From: an uncultured Ramlibacter sp.
GTDB lineage: Bacteria; Pseudomonadota; Gammaproteobacteria; Burkholderiales; Burkholderiaceae_C
NCBI GenBank assembly: GCA_964620025.1
Contig: CAZUJD010000001.1
Span: 1-51,333 of the forward strand
Length of the DNA stretch: 51,333 nt
Direction of reading: 5' to 3'
Shown: piece by piece, positions 27,034 to 36,934 of the stretch
How positions within the stretch are numbered: position 1 is the stretch's first letter
Layout: every line of letters begins with the position of its first letter
The notes under the pieces: model-generated
Told to the model about the DNA's origin: nothing
The model's database searches: none
The model's input: only the letters and a program-made list of their open reading frames with translations
Translations under genes and position numbers: made by a program

Positions 27034-27633
27034 TCAGCCCGTCAGGGCCTGGTAGGCCGTTCGCGTCTGTGGCGACACCGAAGCCACCACTTGCGCGTAT
27101 GCCGTCTGGTGGCGTGCCAGCAGCCGAGCCGACGCCACCATGCGCGATTTGCAGAACCAGTGACACGTGTGCTGCAACAGGAAAAGTTCGGCGCACAGCA
27201 TGAACGCCCGATCACGCGCCGGCATGTCCACAGCGTCCACCATGCGGCCAATGCCGTCGGCGTGCACCACCAGCGCCTGGCGCAGGTCAAATGTGGCCGC
27301 CGGCAGGATCTGCGTGACCCAGGGCAGGTACAGCGGGAAGCGGCTGACGCGTGCACGGGGCGCCTGCACCTGGGCGAAATCAACGGCCAGAGCCCGCATC
27401 TGGCTTGCCAGGGCCTGTTCGGTCGACTGCAGCATGCTGAAGATCTGCCCGCGCCGCTCACCGTCGGTTTCGCCCAGCGCGCGCAGGTAGCCCTGCGTCA
27501 GGGTCTCCATGTGTTTTTCGATCTGGTGCGGGCCCAGGTGGCTGGCCAGCAGGGCGATCCGCTGGCGCTGGTCACCCGTTCGGACAAACCACAGGGCAAC
27601 GGCAGCGAGGATCGCCAGGGAAAGCAGGTTCAT
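27034..27633 (-). CDS. Hypothetical membrane-anchored protein
   Basis: Start chosen at ATG 27633 (MNLLSLAILAAVALWFV = N-terminal TM). No recognisable domain. Confidence 0.5.
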   Translation of the reverse strand: MNLLSLAILAAVALWFVRTGDQRQRIALLASHLGPHQIEKHMETLTQGYLRALGETDGERRGQIFSMLQSTEQALASQMRALAVDFAQVQAPRARVSRFPLYLPWVTQILPAATFDLRQALVVHADGIGRMVDAVDMPARDRAFMLCAELFLLQHTCHWFCKSRMVASARLLARHQTAYAQVVASVSPQTRTAYQALTG

Positions 27634-27692
27634 GATGGCCCCGAGTGTACTGAGCAGCTGCGACACAATGGGCAACTTACCGAGGAGACACC

Positions 27693-28637
27693 ATGACAGC
27701 CCGACCCCTCCTGGCCATCGCGCTGGCAACCGCCCTTGCCGCCAGCGCACACGCGCAGCGCGTGCCCATGGATATCAGCGACGGCCACTTCACCGCGCAG
27801 TCGCTCGTACAGGGGGTTTCGGCCACCGCCGGCCAGTGCGCGACGGTGGCGCAGGCCGTATGGGCGCAGACTGCAGACGGCACGGGCGAATGCATCCGCT
27901 ACTGGGCTGCCGGCCTGCCTGCCGCCGCGCCGGTAGCGCGCGTGCTGGTCTACATACCCAGTGACCAGCTTGCTTTTGACCAGGCCGAGGCCAGCTACAC
28001 CACGCGCAGCCCGAAGATCATGCAGGGCCTGGTGGACGGCATGCAGATGCGCGCCGGCGTGCCATTCATCCTGCTGTCGCGCCCGGGCACCTTTGGCTCG
28101 TCCGGCGAGCACAAACAACGCCGCCGCGAACTGGAGCCGCGCCTGATGTCGGCGGCGCTGGACGCAATCAAGGCCCGCCATGGCATTGGCGAACTGGTGC
28201 TGGTGGGCCTGAGTGGTGGTGGTCACATCGTGGCGTCGCTGCTGGGCTGGCGCTCCGACATCGTGTGCGCAGTGCCCACGTCATCCGTGTCGTCACCCCG
28301 GCTGCGCTGGCAGGGCATGGGCCGCACCGCCGACCTGACAGGCTACACCGATTCGCATGAACCGGTGGACCACCTGCGCCGGGAAGTGTTTCACCCGCAG
28401 TTGCGGGTATTTGTACTGGGCGACCCGAAAGACAGCAATGTGGTGTGGGCCACCCAGACCCCGCTGGCAGACCGGCTGAAGGCGCTGGGTGCCGACGTGA
28501 CGCTGCTGCACGGCGAAGGCAGCGACACCCAGCGTCACGTGCTGGGCAGCTCAGGCCAGCGCGTGGGAGCCATGTGCCTGCGCGGCGCCAGCACCCAGGA
28601 GATCCAGGACATGGCCGCACGCGGGCTCAAGGGCTAG
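27693..28637 (+). CDS. Secreted alpha/beta-hydrolase-like protein
   Basis: RBS GAGGAG. Signal peptide MTARPLLAIALATALAASAHA. GxSxG-type elbow GLSGGG. Confidence 0.6.
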   Translation: MTARPLLAIALATALAASAHAQRVPMDISDGHFTAQSLVQGVSATAGQCATVAQAVWAQTADGTGECIRYWAAGLPAAAPVARVLVYIPSDQLAFDQAEASYTTRSPKIMQGLVDGMQMRAGVPFILLSRPGTFGSSGEHKQRRRELEPRLMSAALDAIKARHGIGELVLVGLSGGGHIVASLLGWRSDIVCAVPTSSVSSPRLRWQGMGRTADLTGYTDSHEPVDHLRREVFHPQLRVFVLGDPKDSNVVWATQTPLADRLKALGADVTLLHGEGSDTQRHVLGSSGQRVGAMCLRGASTQEIQDMAARGLKG

Positions 28638-28670
28638 CCACAGGCCAAGCCCCCACACGCCACAGCTGCG

Positions 28671-29870
28671 TCAGCGCGGCTCGTCGTCAATGGCCTTTTG
28701 CACCGCCTGGTAGAACGCCTCGCGCTGCGCACCCAGGGCGCGGTCGTTCGCACCGGTGCCCCAGTTGGCATTGAGCGCCACCACCAGCTTGCGCTTGGGG
28801 TCGATGAAGATGCCCTGGCCGAAAATGCCGCGCGCCGAGTAGCTGCCATCGGCATAGGTCCACCACTGGTAGCCATAGCCACGGTCCGGCACGCCAATGG
28901 GCATGCGCGTGCCGGTGGCCTCGGCCAGCCAGCCGTCGGGCACGATGCTTTTGCCGCCGACCATGGCGCCATTCAGGATGAACTGCCCCACGCGGGCGAA
29001 GTCACGGGTGGCGGCCTGGATGCAACAACCGCTGATCTCCTGTCCAGTCCTGCTCAGGATCCAGGTGGCCTGTTGCTGCATGCCCGCGGGCACCCAGATT
29101 TTTTCCGACAGGTAGTCAGCAAGGGGCTTCTTCGTGGCCTGCGAGATCAGGATGCCGACCAGGTTGGTCTCGCCGGTGCTGTAGTGCCAGCGCGTACCGG
29201 CAGGCGCCGCGCGCGGCAGGCGGCGCATGTAGCTGACCAGCGCGTCCACGCCGTCTTCGGGCTTGTGGTTGTTGAAGCGGGCCACATCGGACTGGGGGTC
29301 GGCATAGTCTTCGTTCCAGCGCACGCCAGAAGTCATGGTCAGCAGCTGGCGGATGCTCACATCGTCATAGGCCGAGCCCTTCATCTGAGGGATGTAATCG
29401 CTGACCTTGTCGTCCATGCTCTTGATGTGCCCGTCGCGGATTGCCGCGCCCACCAGCGTGGACGTCATTGACTTGGCGACCGAAAAACTGGTCCAGCGCC
29501 CTGTGGCATCAAAGCCCAGACCGTACCGTTCCAGCCGCAGCTTGCCATCATGCAGCACCACCACGGCCGCGCTGCGTTGCGCGGCCATGAAGGCGTCCAC
29601 ATCCACCGACAGCTTCAACGGCGGACCCGGCGGCAGCGGCGAAGGTGCATTGCCCGCAGCCACCGGACGCGCCTTGGCCAGCAGGGGAATACGGTCCAGC
29701 GCACGAAACGCGGCGTCGCGTTGCGGCACGGTCCAGAACAGCAGGTCGCGATTGGTCGGCACGGTGGCCAGCAGGCCCCGTGTCTCCTTGTCCAGGCTGA
29801 ACCAGCCGGCAGTACCGGCAACAGCCGCTGCGGCCAGCAGGCCGAGGGCAACTTTTTTGACTGGCTTCAT
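28671..29870 (-). CDS. Serine hydrolase, beta-lactamase/PBP4* family
   Basis: Start at ATG 29870 (MKPVKKVALGLLAAAAVAG signal). SxxK motif SVAKS and a downstream YSxG-type motif (YSTGET). Confidence 0.8.
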   Translation of the reverse strand: MKPVKKVALGLLAAAAVAGTAGWFSLDKETRGLLATVPTNRDLLFWTVPQRDAAFRALDRIPLLAKARPVAAGNAPSPLPPGPPLKLSVDVDAFMAAQRSAAVVVLHDGKLRLERYGLGFDATGRWTSFSVAKSMTSTLVGAAIRDGHIKSMDDKVSDYIPQMKGSAYDDVSIRQLLTMTSGVRWNEDYADPQSDVARFNNHKPEDGVDALVSYMRRLPRAAPAGTRWHYSTGETNLVGILISQATKKPLADYLSEKIWVPAGMQQQATWILSRTGQEISGCCIQAATRDFARVGQFILNGAMVGGKSIVPDGWLAEATGTRMPIGVPDRGYGYQWWTYADGSYSARGIFGQGIFIDPKRKLVVALNANWGTGANDRALGAQREAFYQAVQKAIDDEPR

Positions 29871-29994
29871 GCCGATAACCCCCCATGGTCGTTGGTGCCC
29901 CGGTGCGGGGCCCAGAACCCTATTCTCTCGTATAGGGGGATTCAAAACATACAGGGCGCCCGCTACGCTGGCCGGCATGCACAGGTCAACCAAC

Positions 29995-30360
29995 ATGCGT
30001 CATATGGCTGCCAGCTGCCTCTTGTTGGGCTTGTGGGCGTCAAGTTCTGTCGCGGCCTGCGAGCACCGGCTCGACAAACTTGCCGAACTTGGCGTCAAGG
30101 CGGGTCCGCCCCTCACCGCTGAACAGGTCGAACGCGTGAACATGGTGGTGACGGATGAACAGGGCAGGACTTACATCACGCCATTTGGCGAAAACCACGC
30201 CAAATGGGTCGCTTTCAAATCAAGTCTGCGGTCCCTGGATCGATTCGTTGCGTTCGACGCATCGCCGCAACTTGCCGCACAACTCGGCATACGACTGGAC
30301 GGTCACGCCATTGTCCGGGGCAAGTGTGTCGTCGGTTTTCTGAAAAGCGCAACACACTGA
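29995..30360 (+). CDS. Small secreted hypothetical protein
   Basis: MRHMAASCLLLGLWASSSVAA signal-like N-terminus. Alternative starts at 29977 and 30004. No known domain. Confidence 0.45.
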   Translation: MRHMAASCLLLGLWASSSVAACEHRLDKLAELGVKAGPPLTAEQVERVNMVVTDEQGRTYITPFGENHAKWVAFKSSLRSLDRFVAFDASPQLAAQLGIRLDGHAIVRGKCVVGFLKSATH

Positions 30361-30400
30361 AGCCCCCTGGTTGCATGGTGATGGCACTTTGTGCGCGCCC

Positions 30401-31306
30401 CTACGGGGGAAAGTGCAACAGCTGGCGACTTTCGAAAAAACGTGCCTTGCCGGTGATGGGGTCGCAAAACGCAATGCGCTGCGCCAGCAACCGAAGAGGG
30501 TTGTGCATTTCGTCACCGCCTTGGGGCATCAACACCGGGTAGATGCGGTCGCCCAGGATCGGCAGGCCCAGCGCCGCCATGTGCACGCGCAGCTGGTGTC
30601 GTTTGCCGGTCAGCGGCCGCAGGCGATAGCGGGCATGCGCGCCCTGCGTTTCAATCCATTCGATCCCGGTGCTGGCGTTGGGTGTACCTGTCGGGTCGTG
30701 CGGCAATTCGCGCATGCGCATGAAATGGTCGCCGTCCACCAGCGTAGTGGCGCGCGTGAGCGGAAAGCGCAACGTTGTGCCAGCCGGGCTGGGTGCAATC
30801 GCCTCATAGGTCTTGGCTACCCCACGATTGAAGAACAGCCGGTGGTAGTGCGCACAGGTAGCCGGTTGCTTGGCCAGCAACACCACGCCGGCTGTTTCCC
30901 TGTCCAGCCGGTGCAAGGGCGTCAGCGTATCCAGCCCCAGCTGGCGGCGCAACCGTACCAGCAGCGTCTGCCGCAGGTAGCCGCCCGAGGGCGTGACGGG
31001 CAGGAAATGTGGCTTGTCGGCGACCACCAGCAGTTCGTCTTCAAACAGTACGCTGATCCCGGTCGGGTCGGGCGTTTCGGCTGGCACGCTGCGGTAGTAG
31101 TACAGCTTGCCATGGGGCGCATAGGCTTGCTGGGGCGCAACGCAACGGCCGGCCTCGTCCACCACCAGCCCCTGCGTCATGCGTTCACGCCACTGCCCGG
31201 CGTCAACCTGCGGGAAGCGCTGCACCAGAAAATCGAGCAGGGTGGCCCAGGGGCCTTCGGGCAGGCCGACCTGGCTTGCCCCCACACCGTCGCGCATGGG
31301 CAGCAT
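30401..31306 (-). CDS. RluA-family pseudouridine synthase
   Basis: 301 aa. Catalytic motif HRLDRETAGVVLLAK. KTYEAI and GKRHQLRVH motifs. Confidence 0.88.
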   Translation of the reverse strand: MLPMRDGVGASQVGLPEGPWATLLDFLVQRFPQVDAGQWRERMTQGLVVDEAGRCVAPQQAYAPHGKLYYYRSVPAETPDPTGISVLFEDELLVVADKPHFLPVTPSGGYLRQTLLVRLRRQLGLDTLTPLHRLDRETAGVVLLAKQPATCAHYHRLFFNRGVAKTYEAIAPSPAGTTLRFPLTRATTLVDGDHFMRMRELPHDPTGTPNASTGIEWIETQGAHARYRLRPLTGKRHQLRVHMAALGLPILGDRIYPVLMPQGGDEMHNPLRLLAQRIAFCDPITGKARFFESRQLLHFPP

Positions 31307-31308
31307 GG

Positions 31309-32127
31309 TCAGACGCTGGCGGCCAGCCGCCGCGCACGTGCCAGACGCCAGGCGCCGTCGGGTTCCGCCTGATAGACCTCTTCCAGCGTGGTGGCAGTCT
31401 CGCGCAGCTGCGTGTCCAGCGCCACGCGGTTGTCAAACACGAAGCACTCGCCGAGCCAGTCGCGGTGCGCATCGGGCATCTGCTCGAAGTAGTTGAGCAC
31501 ACCGCCTTCGAGCTGGTACACCGGCAGGTCCAGGTCGCGCATCCAGGCGCTGGTCTTTTCGCATCGGATGCCCCCCGTGCAATACATGGCCACGCGCCGT
31601 CCCTGTGCCCGCCACTGGGCCGCATGGGCCTGCACATAGGCCGGAAAGTCGCGAAAACTGTGCACACCCGGATCAATTGCGCCCTGGAAGTGACCCAGGC
31701 GGAACTCAAAACTGTTGCGGTTGTCCAGCAGCACCACATCCGGTGCGTTGATCAGCGCACGCCAATCCTTGGGGGCCACGTTGATGCCGGTGCGGCGCGC
31801 GTCCACGCCCTCAACGCCCAACGGCACAATTTCCTTCTTGACGTGCACTTTCAGCCTGGCAAACGGCGGTGTCTGACAGGCGCTGCGCTTGAAGGCCATG
31901 CCGGTAAAGGCGCCGGCAAAGGCGGCGTCTTCAAGCAACGCTTGTTCGATGCCGTCCACCGCATCCAGGGTGCCAGCCAGCATGCCGTTGATGCCCTCGG
32001 TGGCCAGCAGGACGCTGCCGGTCAGGCCACCGCGTTGCGCGAACAGCTGCCGCAGCTGCACCGCCATGCCGTCGGGGTCTGTGAGCTGGACGAACTTGTA
32101 GAAGGCGGTGTGAACCAGGGCGGGCAT
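31309..32127 (-). CDS. trhO: Rhodanese-domain tRNA uridine(34) hydroxylase (UPF0176/YceA)
   Basis: Start at ATG 32127 (MPALVHTAFYKF...). ATEGINGMLAG and active-site loop CTGGIRCEK. Confidence 0.85.
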   Translation of the reverse strand: MPALVHTAFYKFVQLTDPDGMAVQLRQLFAQRGGLTGSVLLATEGINGMLAGTLDAVDGIEQALLEDAAFAGAFTGMAFKRSACQTPPFARLKVHVKKEIVPLGVEGVDARRTGINVAPKDWRALINAPDVVLLDNRNSFEFRLGHFQGAIDPGVHSFRDFPAYVQAHAAQWRAQGRRVAMYCTGGIRCEKTSAWMRDLDLPVYQLEGGVLNYFEQMPDAHRDWLGECFVFDNRVALDTQLRETATTLEEVYQAEPDGAWRLARARRLAASV

Positions 32128-32177
32128 GGGCCGGATTTTCCCACGCGGCTTGCGGGCCGCCGCTGTATAACCACGCC

Positions 32178-33122
32178 ATGCACTGGTCCGCTGCCCTGCT
32201 CCGCCTTGTTCCTGCCTGGCTCGGCCTGAGTCTGTGCGCGGGGGTGCAAGCGCAGGACGATTCATGGCAGCTGGCCCTGGGCAACCCGCGCGAAGTGCTG
32301 GCAGAGCTGCGCGAAGAGGTGGTGAGCATCCCGCTTTTGAACGCCACCGCGCAAGAAAAGGCCTTTCCCCTCACGGGCACGCTGTTCCAGCCGCCCGGCG
32401 CCGGGCCCTTTCCCCTGGCGGTGCTGAGCCACGGCAGCCCTGGGCGCGCGCGCGACCGCGACATCATGGGCCGCTACCGCCTGGTCCCCCAGATCCGGGA
32501 GCTTTTGCACATGGGCCTGGCCGTGCTGGTGCCCATGCGCCGCGGCTACGGCGCGTCGCCCGGCGACTTTGCCGAAGGCTTCGGCTCGTGCGCCGCACCG
32601 CGCTTTGACAAGTCAGGCAGCGAGAGCGCACGCGACGTGCTGTCCGCCATTGACTACGCCCGGGGCCGCGCCACGCTCAACACGCAAAAGATCGTGCTGG
32701 TGGGGCAGTCGGCGGGTGGCTTTGCGTCGCTGGCCGCGGCGGCGCAGGCACCGGGGGGCGTGGTGGGCGTCATCAACATGGCGGGCGGGCGTGGCGGCAA
32801 CGGCCGCGACGGCATGCCCTGCGCGCCGCAGGCCATGGCTGCCGTGATGGCCGCGTACGGCGCCACCACCCAGGCCCCCGTGCTGTGGCTGTACGCGGAA
32901 AACGACAAGTACTTTGGCCCCGACATTTCTCGGGCCTGGCACGCTGCCTTTGAACAAGCGGGCGGCAAGGGTCGCTACGTGCTGGTCCCGCCGCACGGCA
33001 ACGACGGGCACCTGCTGTTTTATGCGGCAGACGGCGCGGCCATATGGTCGCCCATCGTGCGGGCTTTTTTGCACGACGCCGGGCTCCAGGCAACGCACCG
33101 GCCGGCACCGGGCGTAAAGTAA
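32178..33122 (+). CDS. Secreted dienelactone-hydrolase-like alpha/beta hydrolase
   Basis: Signal MHWSAALLRLVPAWLGLSLCAGVQA. Nucleophile elbow GQSAGG. Confidence 0.7.
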   Translation: MHWSAALLRLVPAWLGLSLCAGVQAQDDSWQLALGNPREVLAELREEVVSIPLLNATAQEKAFPLTGTLFQPPGAGPFPLAVLSHGSPGRARDRDIMGRYRLVPQIRELLHMGLAVLVPMRRGYGASPGDFAEGFGSCAAPRFDKSGSESARDVLSAIDYARGRATLNTQKIVLVGQSAGGFASLAAAAQAPGGVVGVINMAGGRGGNGRDGMPCAPQAMAAVMAAYGATTQAPVLWLYAENDKYFGPDISRAWHAAFEQAGGKGRYVLVPPHGNDGHLLFYAADGAAIWSPIVRAFLHDAGLQATHRPAPGVK

Positions 33123-33171
33123 TGCGTTACCCAAATGCATACTCGGCGGCTCCGCCGGCCACGCACATCCC

Positions 33172-33900
33172 ATGAACATCACCCCCGCCCTCGTCACCGC
33201 CTTCGCCCCCACCGGCCGCCTGCGCGCGTCCATCAACACCGGCAACCCCATCCTGGCCGCGCCTGATCCTGCCACCGGCACGGCCCGGGGCGTGTCGGTG
33301 GACCTGGCGCGCGGATTTGCGCAGCGGCTGGGGGTAGAGCTGGAGCTGGTGGTGTTTGACACCGCGGGCAAGTCGGTGGACGCCGTGACGCAGGAGCGGG
33401 CCGACATCGGTTTTTTTGCCATCGACCCCAAGCGCGGCGAAGGCATCCACTTCACCGCCGCCTATGTGCTCATTGAAGGCTGCTACGCCGTACGTAACGA
33501 TTCACCGCTGACCGACATGGCCCAGGTGGACAGCGCCGGCACGCGCGTGGTGGTGGGCCAGGGCAGCGCGTACGACCTGTACCTGAGCCGCGAACTGAAG
33601 CACGCCACCCTCCTGCGCGCGCCCAGCTCGCCGGCCGTGGTGCCGCATTTCATGGAGCAAGGCGCCGATGTGGCCGCCGGCGTGAAGCAACAACTGCAGG
33701 CCGATGCGCAACGCCTGGGCGGCCTGCGCCTGCTGCCGGGCCGCTTCATGGTGATCCAGCAGGCCATGGGCAGCCCGCGCAGCCGTGGCACCCAGGCCGC
33801 CGCGGTGCTGGCCACCTATGTGGAAGACATGAAGCGCAGCGGCTTTGTGGCCGACGCGCTGGCGCGGCACGGAATCAGCGGGGCGGCCGTGGCGCCATAA
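33172..33900 (+). CDS. Type-2 periplasmic-binding-protein-fold protein without a signal peptide
   Basis: 242 aa. Resembles amino-acid/polar-solute SBPs (DLARGFAQRLGVELELVVFD...). The N-terminus MNITPALVTAFAPTG is not a signal peptide. Confidence 0.65.
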   Translation: MNITPALVTAFAPTGRLRASINTGNPILAAPDPATGTARGVSVDLARGFAQRLGVELELVVFDTAGKSVDAVTQERADIGFFAIDPKRGEGIHFTAAYVLIEGCYAVRNDSPLTDMAQVDSAGTRVVVGQGSAYDLYLSRELKHATLLRAPSSPAVVPHFMEQGADVAAGVKQQLQADAQRLGGLRLLPGRFMVIQQAMGSPRSRGTQAAAVLATYVEDMKRSGFVADALARHGISGAAVAP

Positions 33901-33903
33901 CCC

Positions 33904-34818
33904 ATGGCCACCCCGCTGAACTTCCGCCATCTTTATTACTTCTGGGTCGTTGCCAAGGAAGGCGGCATATCGCGCGCGGCTGAACGGTTGGGCATGGCGG
34001 TGCAGACCGTCAGCGCCCAGGTCCGCGCGCTGGAGCAGGAGCTGGGCCACGCGCTGTTCAAGCCCGCGGGCCGCGCGCTGGTGCTGACCGAGGGCGGCGA
34101 GGCTGCCATGGTGCTGGCCGAGCAGATCTTCCAGCTGGGCGAGGCATTGTCCGCGGCCGTGCGCGAGGCCGCCACCGGTGTGGGCATGCGCCTGCGCGTG
34201 GGCATCTCCGACGGCCTGCCCAAGCTGGTAGTACGCCACTTGCTGCGACCCGCCGTGGCCGACACTGGCGCGCGGCTGCTGTGCCATGAAGATGAATTTG
34301 ACCGCCTGCTGGCCGATCTGGCGCTGCACAAGCTGGACGCGCTGCTGGCCGACCGCGCCGCGCCCACCAACAACCCCAACCTGCGCCTGTACAGCCACAA
34401 GCTGGGTGAGGCACCGCTGGCCTGGTTTGCGCCGGCCGCCATGGCCGATCAGCTCCCCGGTAAACGCCGCCTGCGTTTTCCGGCCTGCCTGGCCCAGATG
34501 CCGGTGCTGCTGCCCACAGGACATGCGGCGGTACGCCCGCGCATCGACCACTGGCTGGAACGCGAAGGGCTGCGACCAAACATCGTTGGCGAATTTGAAG
34601 ACAGCGCGCTGCTGGCGGCGTTCGGCCGCAGCGGCATGGGCGCGTTTCCGGCATCGCGCCTGTCGGCGCAGGAGCTGCTGGCCGACCCCGGCATCGTGCA
34701 GCTGGGCGACAGCCCCGACTTGCTCGAAGCGTTTTACCTGATCTCGGCCGAAAGAAAAATCCAGCATCCGCTGGTGCAGCGGATGCTGGATGGCCTGAAG
34801 AACGCGACGCCAGGCTGA
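33904..34818 (+). CDS. LysR family transcriptional regulator (NhaR-like N-terminus)
   Basis: HTH FRHLYYFWVVAKEGGISRAAERLGMAVQTVSAQVRALE. Confidence 0.9.
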   Translation: MATPLNFRHLYYFWVVAKEGGISRAAERLGMAVQTVSAQVRALEQELGHALFKPAGRALVLTEGGEAAMVLAEQIFQLGEALSAAVREAATGVGMRLRVGISDGLPKLVVRHLLRPAVADTGARLLCHEDEFDRLLADLALHKLDALLADRAAPTNNPNLRLYSHKLGEAPLAWFAPAAMADQLPGKRRLRFPACLAQMPVLLPTGHAAVRPRIDHWLEREGLRPNIVGEFEDSALLAAFGRSGMGAFPASRLSAQELLADPGIVQLGDSPDLLEAFYLISAERKIQHPLVQRMLDGLKNATPG

Positions 34819-34849
34819 GGCGCCGCCTGGGGCTCAGACGCCCCGCGCA

Positions 34850-35791
34850 CTACGCGCCCGGGGTGACCTGCTGGATGCCAGCCACCACCCAGCCGCCAAA
34901 GCCGGCGCGCGGCTTGGTCAGGTGCCAGATTTCGTCCAGGTCTTCCGTATCGGCATGAGCCTGGTCACGGATGCCGCCGGTGAAGCGGACGCTGACGATG
35001 TAGCGGTCGCTTTCTTCCACCACTTCCAGCACCTGGGCGTTCAGGCCGAACACCTGCGTCTGCTGGGCCGCGTCACCACGCTCCTGCAGCTGGGCGCTGA
35101 CCTCGTCGAACATCTGCGGCGTGAGGTAGTCACGCAGACGTTGCAGGTCGCGCGCATCGTTGGCCGCCTGCAGCGCCATGAACTGCTGCGTTGCATTGCG
35201 AGCAAACCCCGCGGCATCAAAGTCTGCAGGCAGTGCCGAGGGCTGCGTGGCTGCAGCGGTCGCACCACTCAGCGCCGAGCCGATGCGCGTGCCGCCTGCG
35301 CCGCCCGGGCCTCCCGCCGGCTGGCCGCCAAAGCCGCCACCAAAGCTGCCACCGGCCTGGCCGCCCATGCCCGCACCAGCCGTTGCAGGCGTCGCCTGAC
35401 GGGCCATGCGGTTGCGCATCACAAAGCCGACGACAGCCAGCACCACCAGACCCAGCAACATGAACAGCATGAAGTTCGCCATGGCCTCGCCAAAGCCGAA
35501 ATGCGACGCGAGCGCCATCAGGCCGATACCGGCCGCCAGGCCGGCGATCGGGCCCATCCAGCTGCGCTTGGCCGCGGCAGCTGCCGGGGCAGCAGCTGCC
35601 GCGGTCGCGCCGGCAGCGGTCGCCGCCTGGGCCGGCGAACCCGGGGTGTTGGCGGGAGTGGCCGGTTGCGTCGTCTGCTGGCGCTGCATGCCGGTGGACT
35701 TGGCGCCACCCAGCCGCTTGGCTTCTGCATCAAAGGCCATCGTGGTGCCCAGTGCAAGCACCAGCGCAGCCAGGCCAATTACCTTTTTCAT
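34850..35791 (-). CDS. Tim44-like domain protein (membrane-anchored)
   Basis: Start at ATG 35791 with AAGGAGA upstream. Signal/anchor, Ala/Gly-rich linker, TM, then a C-terminal Tim44-like domain (FDAAGFARNATQQFMALQ...). Confidence 0.75.
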   Translation of the reverse strand: MKKVIGLAALVLALGTTMAFDAEAKRLGGAKSTGMQRQQTTQPATPANTPGSPAQAATAAGATAAAAAPAAAAAKRSWMGPIAGLAAGIGLMALASHFGFGEAMANFMLFMLLGLVVLAVVGFVMRNRMARQATPATAGAGMGGQAGGSFGGGFGGQPAGGPGGAGGTRIGSALSGATAAATQPSALPADFDAAGFARNATQQFMALQAANDARDLQRLRDYLTPQMFDEVSAQLQERGDAAQQTQVFGLNAQVLEVVEESDRYIVSVRFTGGIRDQAHADTEDLDEIWHLTKPRAGFGGWVVAGIQQVTPGA

Positions 35792-35905
35792 GAGGGTCTC
35801 CTTCGTGTGAAATCGCAATAAGGGCTCCACCATACGCGTGCGTGACATCTTAAAAAATCAGCATCAGACTTCAATTGATTTAGGAAAAACCTGCAAATCA
35901 AGCCA

Positions 35906-35931
35906 CCAACCCGACACCTGCTGCGGGTTGG
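35906..35931 (-). terminator. Stem-loop immediately after the last gene of the kinase/GT/hydrolase operon (8-bp stem CCAACCCG/CGGGTTGG)
   Basis: Inverted repeat 35906-35913 / 35924-35931. The downstream minus-strand sequence is moderately T-rich (TGGCTTGATTTGCAGGTTTTT). Confidence 0.45.
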
Positions 35932-35932
35932 T

Positions 35933-36934
35933 TCAGTGCCGCAAGGCAGCAAACAGCGCGTTGAAAATCGCGTCGCGATCCACGCCATGGGCCTCGCGCA
36001 TCCAGTGCCGTCCTAGCTGCGCCTGCCAGCGCCTGTCGTTGTCCAGCAACGGCGTACGCACAAACTCACTGGGCACCCAGGCAGGTCGGATCGCCCAGGC
36101 GATGCAGATCAGATCCCAGATCACCCAGCTGTGCGGCTCGCCCGCTTGCGTTGGGTTGGCGCCCAGAATGGACCACAACGGGTTGTGGGTGAACAGCTGG
36201 TGCAGGTAGCGGCCCATGGGCCCACTGCCCTGCACGTAACGCTCCATCTCGGCCAGCGACAGGCGCAGCTGCGCGCCCACGTGATAGCCGGGCAGATACA
36301 CATGGGGCACGCCGCTGTCCAGCAGCCACTGGCTGGCCCACAGGTCCTGCTCCAGATTGAAGCTGTGGTTCACGTGCGGCGCGTGGCTGGGATAGCCGCT
36401 GGTCCACACGACCACGATGCGCTGCGCGATCTCGGGTGCCAGCAGCAGGGCACTGGCAATGTTGGTCACGCAGCCCAGGGCCAGCACATACAGCGGTGGC
36501 CCGTCAGGGTCATGCTCGCGTGCGGTGGCAATCAGGTGGTCCACCGCCTCACTGCGCACCGGCGCGTGTGGGTGTGCCATGTAGGCGGTTGCGCCACGGA
36601 ACACCCGGCCCTCGTGCGGCAAGCCCAGCAGGTCATGGACCTTGATGATTTCCTGGTAGCTGCGCTCCATGCCTTCTGCCGGCGGGTTGAAAGGCGGCGC
36701 ATCGGGCGCCGCAGCCGGATAACTGGCGCGCCGGTGCGCAAATGAAAACGGAACTGCATAGACAGCCGCCACGTCCAGCTGCAAAGGACTGCGCAGTGCC
36801 CAGGCCAGGGCAAACTGGTCGTCGATTTCGTTGGCGGCATCGGTGTCGATGACCACGCGCACACGGCCGGCAGGCAGGGCCAGCCGGTCGCGGTACCAGT
36901 CGTCCGGCCGCTGCAGTTTCAGGGCGTCAATCAA
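35933..36934 (-). CDS. Inosine-uridine-preferring nucleoside hydrolase-like protein (divergent)
   Basis: Start set at TTG 36934 (AGGAGA 6 nt upstream, TTGA overlap with the upstream stop). N-terminal Asp cluster VVIDTDAANEIDDQFAL resembles the IU-NH DxDxxxDD motif with a 2-residue expansion. Confidence 0.75.
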   Translation of the reverse strand: MIDALKLQRPDDWYRDRLALPAGRVRVVIDTDAANEIDDQFALAWALRSPLQLDVAAVYAVPFSFAHRRASYPAAAPDAPPFNPPAEGMERSYQEIIKVHDLLGLPHEGRVFRGATAYMAHPHAPVRSEAVDHLIATAREHDPDGPPLYVLALGCVTNIASALLLAPEIAQRIVVVWTSGYPSHAPHVNHSFNLEQDLWASQWLLDSGVPHVYLPGYHVGAQLRLSLAEMERYVQGSGPMGRYLHQLFTHNPLWSILGANPTQAGEPHSWVIWDLICIAWAIRPAWVPSEFVRTPLLDNDRRWQAQLGRHWMREAHGVDRDAIFNALFAALRH

